Source: Minisyncoccota bacterium
Lineage (GTDB): Bacteria > Patescibacteriota > Minisyncoccia > UBA6257 > 2-01-FULL-56-20
DNA: 35,931 nucleotides
NCBI GenBank assembly: GCA_041664245.1
Contig: JBAYLC010000001.1
Coordinates: 152,654-188,584, forward strand
Direction of reading: 5' to 3'
The stretch's first letter is position 1, and the number at the start of each line of letters is the position of its first letter. A program made the translations under genes and the position numbers. Under the pieces are notes generated by a model. That model was given only the letters and a program-made list of their open reading frames with translations, did not search any database and was not told where the DNA came from. Below are positions 16,792 through 24,891 of the stretch, piece after piece.

Positions 16792-17316
16792 ATGGAAGAA
16801 GTCCAAAATAGTAATCAAAATAATCAAGAAAATAAGGGTCTGGGAGGGAAGTGGCGAATGAATTGGATGAAGCCCTGGCTTGAAAAACAAGCTGGCGGAC
16901 CCCTTAAAATCCGGGATAAAATAATCGGAATAGTCCTTATTATTATCTTTCTCTTTGTTTTTTATGTGGTTTTAGACGCGAATAAATATCGCGCGCTGGT
17001 TCATATTATTCCAGGAGAAGGCAAGGTGGGAATCAATCCGACAATAGAATCTCTTGATTTTGGGGATCTTTCCCCGGGAACTAGCCAGGTTCGAAGAGTG
17101 AAGATCAATAACGGAATCTTTATGCCGGTGTATGTGATGATTTGGAAAACCGGAGGAATCAGCGATTTGATGACGATTAGCGATAATTATTTCAAAGTTA
17201 AACCCGGAGAAGAAAAGCAGGTTGAGTTCCCAGTTTATGTACCAGCTTCGGCAGTAGTTGATGCAAACTATACCGGACGGGTCTATCTCTTTAAGATTCC
17301 AACTTTTGGGCTTTAG
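16792..17316 (+). CDS. Single-pass membrane protein with an extracytoplasmic beta-sandwich-like domain
   Basis: TM IIGIVLIIIFLFVFYVVL then LDFGDLSPG; start moved to the second ATG because TTGACA (16757)/AATAAT (16779) overlaps the first. Confidence 0.7.
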   Translation: MEEVQNSNQNNQENKGLGGKWRMNWMKPWLEKQAGGPLKIRDKIIGIVLIIIFLFVFYVVLDANKYRALVHIIPGEGKVGINPTIESLDFGDLSPGTSQVRRVKINNGIFMPVYVMIWKTGGISDLMTISDNYFKVKPGEEKQVEFPVYVPASAVVDANYTGRVYLFKIPTFGL

Positions 17317-17328
17317 TTTTCTGCTCGA

Positions 17329-17877
17329 ATGAAAAAAAAAGAAATCGAACAAAGCCAACCGCAGGTTGAGCCAGAAATAAAGGTGGAAACTGGAAAACCA
17401 AAGAAAAAGAAAAGCCCTCTTCGGTCTTTTCTGAATTTTCTGGTTTACGTGGTTATTATCGTGGGGATTGTTTATGGGTTGCCCAAATTTCTAGTTTGGA
17501 AACTCAAAACAAATTACCCAATGGCGGCGATTACCTCGGGTTCAATGTGGCCAGTTCTAAAAACCGGGGATCTGGTTTTTATCAAAGGAGTAGAAAACCA
17601 ATCCCAGATACAACTGAAAGACATTATTGTTTTTCGGAATCGAATGAATAATACGCTTACTATCCACCGCGTGGTGAATCTCAGAGAAAACAAGATCACC
17701 ACAAAAGGCGACGCTAATTTTTCCGAAGACACGCCAATTGATTTTAGTGATGTCATCGGCAAAACCTTGGTTTGGCGTGGCGGGCCGCTGCATATCCCTT
17801 ACCTAGGATCAATTACGGTTTTCATTAACGATTTAATTAAAACTAAAAACGGGGGAGGTACTGGAGGTAAAAACTGA
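17329..17877 (+). CDS. Signal peptidase I, SipW/Sec11 (S26B, Ser-His) type
   Basis: N-terminal TM; ITSGSMWP (Ser), GDLV, TIHRVV (His in place of the LepB Lys), TKGDAN...D. Confidence 0.9.
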   Translation: MKKKEIEQSQPQVEPEIKVETGKPKKKKSPLRSFLNFLVYVVIIVGIVYGLPKFLVWKLKTNYPMAAITSGSMWPVLKTGDLVFIKGVENQSQIQLKDIIVFRNRMNNTLTIHRVVNLRENKITTKGDANFSEDTPIDFSDVIGKTLVWRGGPLHIPYLGSITVFINDLIKTKNGGGTGGKN

Positions 17878-17930
17878 AACACTCCTGAAGTGTAAAAAGG
17901 GTTAAGGATATTATGTTTATAAATTATTAA

Positions 17931-19478
17931 ATGAAGAAGGAAAAATTCGTTGATTGTATTATTTTGCCAAAAAAAAGGCAGTCGTCCCTAAAACGAAGTT
18001 GCCAAAAGAAGGGGATTTTTAAAAAGTTGGTAATTTTAGAAAAAGAGGAGAATTCCGGCTTGAATTTATTTTTCAAAAATTTCTGGGATAAAATTTTCGA
18101 TTCTTTCGGAGAATTTAAATTAACTTTAAGTTATATTTTTAAACTGCTTTTAGTTTCCAAAATCGGTTTGATTTTAGTGCTAGTTACACTCGTAGTGCCG
18201 CTCACGGCTTTTGAGGCGCACGTGGTCAATGTTACGGCGACGATTGAGAGAAAACCCTGTCTAGCATCTGAAATTCGCTCAATGGGGTATTGGAAAAATC
18301 ATCCTGATCAGAGAATTTTTTCCCAAACAGTTGGTAACACCGCAGTGACTAATGATAGCGAGGCAAATGCGGTTTTCTCTCTTTCGAATAATTCCATGGC
18401 TAATAAACTTAGGAAGCAACTTTTAACCTTGAAGTTTGATATTGCTTATTTCGATTCCGGAAATGCGATTATTGGAGGAGGGGATAGCACTACGCTTTCG
18501 GAATTGGCGGCGCAGGCCGATGAAGCGCTTTTAGCCGATCCGCAGAATCCCGACCAAATATCCCATTTTCATAATTTAATTGAGGGAATTGTTACTAGAG
18601 AAACAGTTTCGACCTGCGAAGTTTGTCCAAAGGGGAAGGAGGTCTATTGGTACAATTTTAACGTTAATCATTCAGATCCAATCATCTATGATCTCCGAGG
18701 CAATATTAATCACGGCGATCATGTAAGTGCTATTTTCCGAATTAATCCGGCTTGTAGTGATATTCAACTTTCGCTTGTAAGTTACAAAGCGCCATCGGAT
18801 ATCTTCAGCGAAAATACCGCCGGTGAACAAATTGTTTTTGCGCAACAAACAGGAACGTTTAATGGCGGCACAAGCACCTATTCATTGGAAGTGGATGTGC
18901 CGGCTTGTTATTTCCAAATCGATTTTGCAAAAGGACCGGTAATTGAACACCTTGGTCCAGTCGGCAGCGATAATTTCTACTCGGCTCAAGGGCGGCTTAT
19001 TTCCGCCGACAATGGCGATCCAGGCGGCCCGAGTTGTAATCCGTCCTTAGATAATAGAAATAATGATTTAGGTGGCGAAGCTGGTTCATCTAGTACAGAA
19101 TTGTCCGAGGGTTTGGACTTAAATAATCTTAAAGCCGGCATTCTCGATATTATCCAGCCATTAATTCAGGGCGAAGAGGATCTTGCTCCAAACGATGCTT
19201 CAACAAGCACTGCTACTGTTAGTACAACCATAATAAACGAGAGTAGTGAAGCGACCACGACGATTAGCGAAAACTCAACCGATATTCCTTCGCCAGTTTC
19301 AGATCCAAATCCAGCTTCATCAACTCCAGATTCTATTTCAACACCACCTTCAACTGATTCAGCTCCATCTTCTGCGGCGACAGAGCCAGCCCCGTCGGTA
19401 TCCGATCCAACTTCATCCCCACCGGCAGAAACAACTTCTCCTCCCACCTCGAATCCAGCGCAAGAGGCTGCTTTATGA
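17931..19478 (+). CDS. Second AFEAH-motif secreted protein with a Pro/Ser/Thr-rich tail; putative minor/tip or anchoring subunit
   Basis: Long basic N-region, hydrophobic segment, LTAFEAHVVNVTATIE (18207-18248), GYWKNH motif, low-complexity C-terminus. Confidence 0.7.
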   Translation: MKKEKFVDCIILPKKRQSSLKRSCQKKGIFKKLVILEKEENSGLNLFFKNFWDKIFDSFGEFKLTLSYIFKLLLVSKIGLILVLVTLVVPLTAFEAHVVNVTATIERKPCLASEIRSMGYWKNHPDQRIFSQTVGNTAVTNDSEANAVFSLSNNSMANKLRKQLLTLKFDIAYFDSGNAIIGGGDSTTLSELAAQADEALLADPQNPDQISHFHNLIEGIVTRETVSTCEVCPKGKEVYWYNFNVNHSDPIIYDLRGNINHGDHVSAIFRINPACSDIQLSLVSYKAPSDIFSENTAGEQIVFAQQTGTFNGGTSTYSLEVDVPACYFQIDFAKGPVIEHLGPVGSDNFYSAQGRLISADNGDPGGPSCNPSLDNRNNDLGGEAGSSSTELSEGLDLNNLKAGILDIIQPLIQGEEDLAPNDASTSTATVSTTIINESSEATTTISENSTDIPSPVSDPNPASSTPDSISTPPSTDSAPSSAATEPAPSVSDPTSSPPAETTSPPTSNPAQEAAL

Positions 19479-19537
19479 AGAACTAGTTTAACAACTCTCA
19501 TTTGTCTTGTCGATGATTTGGGAATAAAAAGTAATTC

Positions 19538-20467
19538 ATGAAACGAGCCCTAACGTTAATTCTTGTTGTGGCGGCGATCGGAGCTGCAATTTTTTTATTT
19601 CGCAGCGAGCTAGGAAATTTTCTTGCGCGACTTGAAAGCCGAATTCTTCCTTGTGTGAAACCTATTACCTACACCATCGGTTCATTTGATTCACGATTTG
19701 GCATATCAAAACAAACTTTTTTGAGCGCGGTAGCAGAGGCTGAAGCAATATGGGAAAAACCCGTTGAAAAAAATCTTTTTGCACACGAAGCAAACGGAAA
19801 TATAAAAATAAATCTAATATATGATTTCCGGCAAGAAGCAACACAGAAATTGATGGCGCTGGGAATCGTTGTTGGCGACAATAAAGCGTCATATAGCGAA
19901 ATTAAATCGAAATACGATGCTATGCAGGCTGATTATATAAAGCAAAAATCTGTATATAATACTCGGGTTGCGGTATTTCAAAATCGTGAAAGCGCATACG
20001 AAACAACAGTAACGCATTGGAATAAACAGGGTCGCACGACGCGTGATACTTATGACCAACTAAGTGCCGAAAAGGCATCGCTTGTGGCGGAAGCGGCGGC
20101 GATCAATATTCTCCAAACAAATCTCAACACCGAAGCTGCGAATATTAATGCAATTGTAGTTGCCCTAAATCGTCTTGCTGCTGAATTGAATCTAAGCGTC
20201 GATCAATTTAACATGGTCGGACAAGAACGTGGTGCGGAATTTGAAGAGGGTATCTACAAAAGTAGCGTAAGTGGTGAAGAGATAGATATTTATCAATTTG
20301 ATACAAAAACGAGATTAGTGCGTGTGTTGGCGCACGAACTTGGCCACGCCTTAGGGCTGCCACACGTTTTGGATTCGAAAGCAATCATGTACCGATTAAA
20401 TGGAAGTACCAATGAAAATCTCACGGCAGCTGATCTTGCGGAGCTTAAAAAGCACTGCGGTTTATGA
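19538..20467 (+). CDS. Matrixin-like (M10/metzincin) zinc metalloprotease with a coiled-coil insert
   Basis: N-terminal hydrophobic anchor; AHELGHALGLPH (HExxHxxGxxH) and Met-turn AIMY. Confidence 0.85.
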   Translation: MKRALTLILVVAAIGAAIFLFRSELGNFLARLESRILPCVKPITYTIGSFDSRFGISKQTFLSAVAEAEAIWEKPVEKNLFAHEANGNIKINLIYDFRQEATQKLMALGIVVGDNKASYSEIKSKYDAMQADYIKQKSVYNTRVAVFQNRESAYETTVTHWNKQGRTTRDTYDQLSAEKASLVAEAAAINILQTNLNTEAANINAIVVALNRLAAELNLSVDQFNMVGQERGAEFEEGIYKSSVSGEEIDIYQFDTKTRLVRVLAHELGHALGLPHVLDSKAIMYRLNGSTNENLTAADLAELKKHCGL

Positions 20468-20495
20468 ATAGAATAACGATTTTAACTTCCTGTCT

Positions 20496-21008
20496 CTATC
20501 TTAGAAAATTCCTTCCAATCCCTAAAATAAAAACGATTACCACAATCACAATCTGCGACAAAATTCCAACGCGATAGATTCCGTTTCCTAGTTTATGCTG
20601 AATTGCTTTGTGAAATTTTTGAAGTGTTATGAGCGGCTCTTTTTTTATTTTGAAATAAACGAATTGTAATGCGTCAGGCAACACACCGCCAACAGCACCG
20701 ATAAACGCAATTTGCAAGGCCAATCCGCTATTACTGAAAAAAGTCAAAGCAACTGCAAATCCAAAAATACAATCAAAAGAAATTTTTATAAGATCCCTAA
20801 TGAATTTTTTGCCTAAAACCATATCCATTTTACTAATATCATTAGGCGAATTTTTATCAGAAATAAACGATTCACGTTCGTAATCGTCGTGAGGGATAGC
20901 ATCCAAAATAAAATGGCTCAAAAAAGCGGCAACAAATCCCAATAGGGGATACTTTGGGAAAATCTGAGCAACCGCGGCACCGACAAGCGCGTGAGTAGCA
21001 AGAATCAT
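20496..21008 (-). CDS. Membrane-bound metal-dependent hydrolase-like protein
   Basis: MILATHALVGAAV, SHFILDAIPHDD, GVLPD, FHKAIQH: His/Asp motifs set in TM helices. Confidence 0.6.
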   Translation of the reverse strand: MILATHALVGAAVAQIFPKYPLLGFVAAFLSHFILDAIPHDDYERESFISDKNSPNDISKMDMVLGKKFIRDLIKISFDCIFGFAVALTFFSNSGLALQIAFIGAVGGVLPDALQFVYFKIKKEPLITLQKFHKAIQHKLGNGIYRVGILSQIVIVVIVFILGIGRNFLR

Positions 21009-21097
21009 ATGTCGATTAAGTATATCATTATTCAATTATTGCTTTATTTTTATTACTATTGACTTTTTATTATTTAGCTCTTACACTTAAACCAATT

Positions 21098-21150
21098 CCT
21101 AAGACCCCGGGTAGCCCACAGAAAAGGGCATAAAACCCGCCGAGGAAAAG
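21098..21150 (+). promoter_or_regulatory. Ribosomal protein L10 leader (autoregulatory RNA)
   Basis: AAGAC..CGGGT..hairpin..TAAA..ACCCG.CCGAGG upstream of rplJ fits the L10-leader core as I recall it; TTGACT at 21059 upstream. Confidence 0.7.
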
Positions 21151-21274
21151 CCAAAATTTGGCATTTCTCGCGACTCCTAGGAAGTCGCTTTTTTCTTAGT
21201 TTTTCTTGAGAAAAATTTCGCTTAGAAAAACTTAGACCCCGCAGAATGCGGGGAAAATACATTATGAATTTGCC

Positions 21275-21787
21275 ATGAAAACAAAAATTCAAAAAAAAGC
21301 TGAATTAGAAAAAGGTAAAAAACTGGCCGAAAAAAGCCAAGCTTTGATTTTCGCCGATTTCTCGTCCATTAAGGCCGAAGATCTTCGGAAGCTACGCCAG
21401 GAATTAAGCAAAGTAAACGCCAGCTTTTTAGTTATCAAAAAACGCTTACTTAATTTGATTCTTAAGGAAAAGGGGATTGAGTTTGACGGAAGTAAATTCA
21501 AGTTTTCCATTGGCACAGTTTTTTCCGAATTCGATTTAGAAAATTCCTGCAGCTCAATAGTTAAATTTTTCTCCGCGCTTGAAGGAGCTGGAGCAAAAAA
21601 AGTTTTGGGAGGTTACGATTTTAAAAACAAAGCTTTCATGGAAGCAGAGAGAGTTATCTTCATCGGCAAACTTCCCGCTAGAGAAATTCTCCTTGGCCAA
21701 CTCCTTGGCATGCTCCAAGCCCCCATTAGCTCTCTGATTTATTTGATGAAGGAAAAGTCGAAGAAAGTTGAGCTCTCTCCGAGTTAA
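21275..21787 (+). CDS. rplJ: 50S ribosomal protein L10
   Basis: ALIFADFSSI..EDLRKLRQEL, VIKKRLL, LPAREILLGQLLGMLQAP; precedes rplL. Confidence 0.92.
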   Translation: MKTKIQKKAELEKGKKLAEKSQALIFADFSSIKAEDLRKLRQELSKVNASFLVIKKRLLNLILKEKGIEFDGSKFKFSIGTVFSEFDLENSCSSIVKFFSALEGAGAKKVLGGYDFKNKAFMEAERVIFIGKLPAREILLGQLLGMLQAPISSLIYLMKEKSKKVELSPS

Positions 21788-21882
21788 AATCCTTCTTCAA
21801 TTAGAGAGCGAAATCCAGCTCCAAAGGTATGGAGCTGGAAAAATCCCAAAAGGTCGTATCCTAATTTGAATTACTAATTAAA

Positions 21883-22245
21883 ATGGACAGTAAATTACAA
21901 GATTTAATTTCAAAAATTGAAACCTTAAGCGCTCTTGAGCTCGCCGAGCTTGTTAAAGCGCTAGAAGAAAAGTTCGGCATTTCAGCTTCGGCAATGGCCG
22001 TTGCCGCTCCTGGTGGCGCTGCCGCCGTCGAGAAAGACACCTGGAATGTATTCCTTAAATCGGCTGGTGAGCAAAAAATAAACGCTATTAAAGTGGTTCG
22101 CGAAGCTACCGGTCTTGGCCTTAAAGAAGCTAAAGATTTGGTTGATGGCGCGCCAAAAATGGTGAAAGAAGGATTAAAGAAAGCGGAAGCTGACGAATTA
22201 AAGAAAAAATTTGACGACGCCGGCGCTGTTGCTGAACTTCAGTAA
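21883..22245 (+). CDS. rplL: 50S ribosomal protein L7/L12
   Basis: [27 protein letters not shown]. Confidence 0.98.
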   Translation: MDSKLQDLISKIETLSALELAELVKALEEKFGISASAMAVAAPGGAAAVEKDTWNVFLKSAGEQKINAIKVVREATGLGLKEAKDLVDGAPKMVKEGLKKAEADELKKKFDDAGAVAELQ

Positions 22246-22279
22246 GTAACTTAGATTAATCTATTTGTGAGCGAAGCAG

Positions 22280-22309
22280 AAACCTCGCGTTGAAAAACTC
22301 GGGGTTTTT
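22280..22309 (+). terminator. Terminator after rplL
   Basis: aaacctcg...cggggttttt. Confidence 0.65.
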
Positions 22310-22347
22310 GGTTATAGTCTTCCTTGAATAGAAATTTCTGAAGGTTT

Positions 22348-22419
22348 GGGCGTTTAGCTCAGTGGTAGAGCGCTTCGTTCACATCGAAGAGGTCGCTGGT
22401 CCGATCCCAGCAACGCCCA
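22348..22419 (+). tRNA. tRNA-Val(CAC)
   Basis: GGGCGTT/AACGCCC, CTTCG-TTCACAT-CGAAG; T-loop reads TCCGATC. Confidence 0.9.
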
Positions 22420-22504
22420 CTAATAATAACTATTGACATTTATCATAAGTTAGATTAGAATACAGCTAGTAATTTTGGCCATAACTTTTTTGGAGGAAAT
22501 AAAA

Positions 22505-22900
22505 GTGAAAAGAGTTTCGAATGGAAAGGGCTTCACCTTACTTGAATTGATCATCGGAGTTATTGTCGTCGGCGTCATTAGCGCTCTAGTCGTTACCCGC
22601 TTTACGAATGCGGCTAGGGAGGTAAGGGTCAAAACAACGCTGACGAAAATCTATCTCAAACAGCAAGATTACCAAGCGAGTAATGGCACCTACTGGATTT
22701 CAGGAGGTACAGTAGCTAGCTCGTCTAATAGGCGCGCCTTTAGTCCGATCGATGTTGAAATTGACACGTCGGATATCTATGTGTATCACTTCAAATACGA
22801 AGGTGTCTCTAGTTTTGTTTGCGAAGCCATCGACAGCACTAATGCCGATACTTGGGTCGTTGATCAAAAAGGAGTGCTTGCTCATTTTCTCAAGAAATGA
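22505..22900 (+). CDS. Type IV pilin-like protein (class III signal peptide)
   Basis: GTG start with SD GGAGG; KG|FTLLELIIGVIVVGVISAL; promoter TTGACA-17-TAGAAT at 22433-22461. Confidence 0.85.
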   Translation: MKRVSNGKGFTLLELIIGVIVVGVISALVVTRFTNAAREVRVKTTLTKIYLKQQDYQASNGTYWISGGTVASSSNRRAFSPIDVEIDTSDIYVYHFKYEGVSSFVCEAIDSTNADTWVVDQKGVLAHFLKK

Positions 22901-22924
22901 CGCAAGACAAACAAATAAGTTACC

Positions 22925-22955
22925 AATCCGGTGAGTTTCTCACCGGATTTTTTTT
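22925..22955 (+). terminator. Terminator after the pilin gene
   Basis: aatccggtgag-ttt-ctcaccggatt followed by a T-run. Confidence 0.85.
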
Positions 22956-23108
22956 ATTTTAAGTGGGGAATTACATCTATTTTTGTAGCAGTTAATAAAT
23001 TGTGGATATTTCCGGCACTAAATCAATTTTAAGCCTTATAAATCAAGGATTTTTTTTATTTGATTACTCCTTTGACGTTTCATTTCAGTGGTTTAGTATT
23101 AAATCAAA

Positions 23109-23157
23109 GTGGCGGAAAGTGGATAATTCTGGGGATAAAGTGCCACTTCTGGGGATA
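23109..23157 (+). promoter_or_regulatory. Probable MraZ-binding repeats upstream of the dcw cluster
   Basis: GTGG/CTGGG units with about 10-nt period at 23109, 23119, 23129, 23140 and 23149. Confidence 0.6.
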
Positions 23158-23233
23158 AGATTTGCCACAAGCCATTAGGGACTAATAAAGAAATCTACTA
23201 ACACCCATCGCCAAAAACCTATCACCTAACGAA

Positions 23234-23665
23234 ATGTTCCTCGGCGAATACAAACACAATTTAGACACAAAAGGTCGGATGGCGATTCCGGTGAAATTCC
23301 GCGACAAATTAATTGCTGGCGCCATTATCACTCGCGGATTAGACAATTGTTTATTCGTTTTCGGTAATAAAGATTGGGAAATTTTAGCCCAAAAACTTAT
23401 TGCCCTTCCGCTTGCTCAAGCCAACTCTCGCGCGTTCACTCGATTAATGCTCGCCGGAGCAATGGATGTTGAAGTTGATAATCAGGGTCGAATTTTAATT
23501 CCCGACTATTTAAGAAAATACGCCGATTTGAAGAAGCAGGTAGTTGTCGCTGGGCTTTATAATCGGATGGAAATCTGGGATGCCGAAAATTGGGAACGCT
23601 ACAAGCAGAAGACCGAAGGTGCCTCCGAAGAAATTGCCGAAAAATTAGGCGAGTTGGGAATATGA
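23234..23665 (+). CDS. mraZ: Transcriptional regulator MraZ
   Basis: MFLGEYKHNLDTKGRMAIP, VDNQGRILIP. Confidence 0.97.
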   Translation: MFLGEYKHNLDTKGRMAIPVKFRDKLIAGAIITRGLDNCLFVFGNKDWEILAQKLIALPLAQANSRAFTRLMLAGAMDVEVDNQGRILIPDYLRKYADLKKQVVVAGLYNRMEIWDAENWERYKQKTEGASEEIAEKLGELGI

Positions 23666-24573
23666 AAATGGAACATGTGCCCGTCTTACTGAATGAAGTT
23701 TTGGAATTTCTTGATCCGAACCCGGGCGATCTGATAATTGACGGAACGATAAATGGCGGGGGACATAGTCGGGCAATTCTTGAAAAAATTTTGCCTAGCG
23801 GAAAACTTCTCGGCGTTGATCTTGATCCAGCAATTTTAAAAACAACCAAAAAAAGGTTAAAAGAGTTCGCGAAAGAAAAAAGCGGGAGTTTAGAGGATTC
23901 AATTATTTTGGTCAACGGCAATTATGCCGACCTTCCAGAAATAATTAAAACTCAAGAACTTCCCAAAGCAGAAGGATTGCTAATCGACCTAGGATTTTCC
24001 TCCGAGCAAATAGAACAATCTGGCCGCGGTTTCAGTTTCGAACGCGACGAACCGCTTCTGATGACCTACAACGATAGCATTCCGCCGGTCAAAGAAATCA
24101 TTAGAAGCCTTGATGAAGAAGAATTAGCTGATGTGATTTTCAAACTTGGCGGAGAGAGATTATCAAGAAGAATCGCTAAAGCCATCAAAGAATCCGGCCG
24201 GAAGAAAAAAATTGAAACTAGTCTAGAGCTTGCCGAAATTATTCGCCGCGCCGTTCCCAGAAATTATGAACGTGGCCGGATTAATCCCGCCACTAGAACT
24301 TTTCAGGCGCTAAGAATATTCGCCAACGACGAACTCGGAAATCTTGAAAAGGTATTAGTTAATCTCAAAAGCATTCTAAATAAAAACGGCCGGGCAATAT
24401 TCATTAGTTTCCATTCATTAGAAGACCGCCTCATAAAAAATTATTTTCGCGATCAAGAAAAAACTGGCGAGCTAAAAATATTAACTAAAAAACCAATCTC
24501 CCCGTCGCTTAGTGAAATAAAATCCAACCCTCGAAGCCGATCCGCCAAGCTTCGTGCCGTAGTAATAAATTAA
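23662..24573 (+). CDS. rsmH: 16S rRNA m4C1402 methyltransferase
   Basis: HVPVLLNEV, DGTINGGGHS, DLGFSS, ATRTFQALRI, FHSLEDR, NPRSRSAKLR; ATGA overlap with mraZ. Confidence 0.97.
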   Translation: MKMEHVPVLLNEVLEFLDPNPGDLIIDGTINGGGHSRAILEKILPSGKLLGVDLDPAILKTTKKRLKEFAKEKSGSLEDSIILVNGNYADLPEIIKTQELPKAEGLLIDLGFSSEQIEQSGRGFSFERDEPLLMTYNDSIPPVKEIIRSLDEEELADVIFKLGGERLSRRIAKAIKESGRKKKIETSLELAEIIRRAVPRNYERGRINPATRTFQALRIFANDELGNLEKVLVNLKSILNKNGRAIFISFHSLEDRLIKNYFRDQEKTGELKILTKKPISPSLSEIKSNPRSRSAKLRAVVIN

Positions 24574-24576
24574 AAA

Positions 24577-24891
24577 ATGACTTTCCTTCAACACTCAAAA
24601 GAAAAAGCAATTTTAACAAAATTAATCATCATCGGAGTTTTCCCCTTAGTTTTAGGCGTCATTTGGCTTATTATTGTATATAACCAACGGGTTAATTTAA
24701 ATCACGAGATTTCGGCTGTTAATATTGAGATAAAAAATACTCAAGCCGAGACTGCCGAGCTTCAAAAGAAATATTTCTCATTTCTTGATGCTGTCAGCCT
24801 CGCCAAAATTAAGAGTGAGAGGAACTTACAGGAAACAAAAAAACCGAATTATTTTTCCGAAAAAAATCAATGGGCTTTCGTTTCAAATTAG
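24577..24891 (+). CDS. ftsL: FtsL-like cell division protein
   Basis: One TM helix plus a coiled coil, located between rsmH and the PBP gene. Confidence 0.6.
   Translation: MTFLQHSKEKAILTKLIIIGVFPLVLGVIWLIIVYNQRVNLNHEISAVNIEIKNTQAETAELQKKYFSFLDAVSLAKIKSERNLQETKKPNYFSEKNQWAFVSN

Noticed and set aside
19190-19470. DNA-level tandem repeat in the Pro/Ser tail
   Set aside because: The region is low-complexity with a repeated VSDP peptide but has no clean nucleotide repeat unit
13910-21050. Prophage or integrative element as the source of the island
   Set aside because: No integrase, transposase or phage gene, and no duplicated tRNA-Trp 3' end was seen at the right boundary
15084-23023. Identical 13-mer TCCGGCACTAAAT at 15084 and 23011
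   Set aside because: A single 13-bp match is expected by chance in a window of this size; no palindromy or shared promoter position
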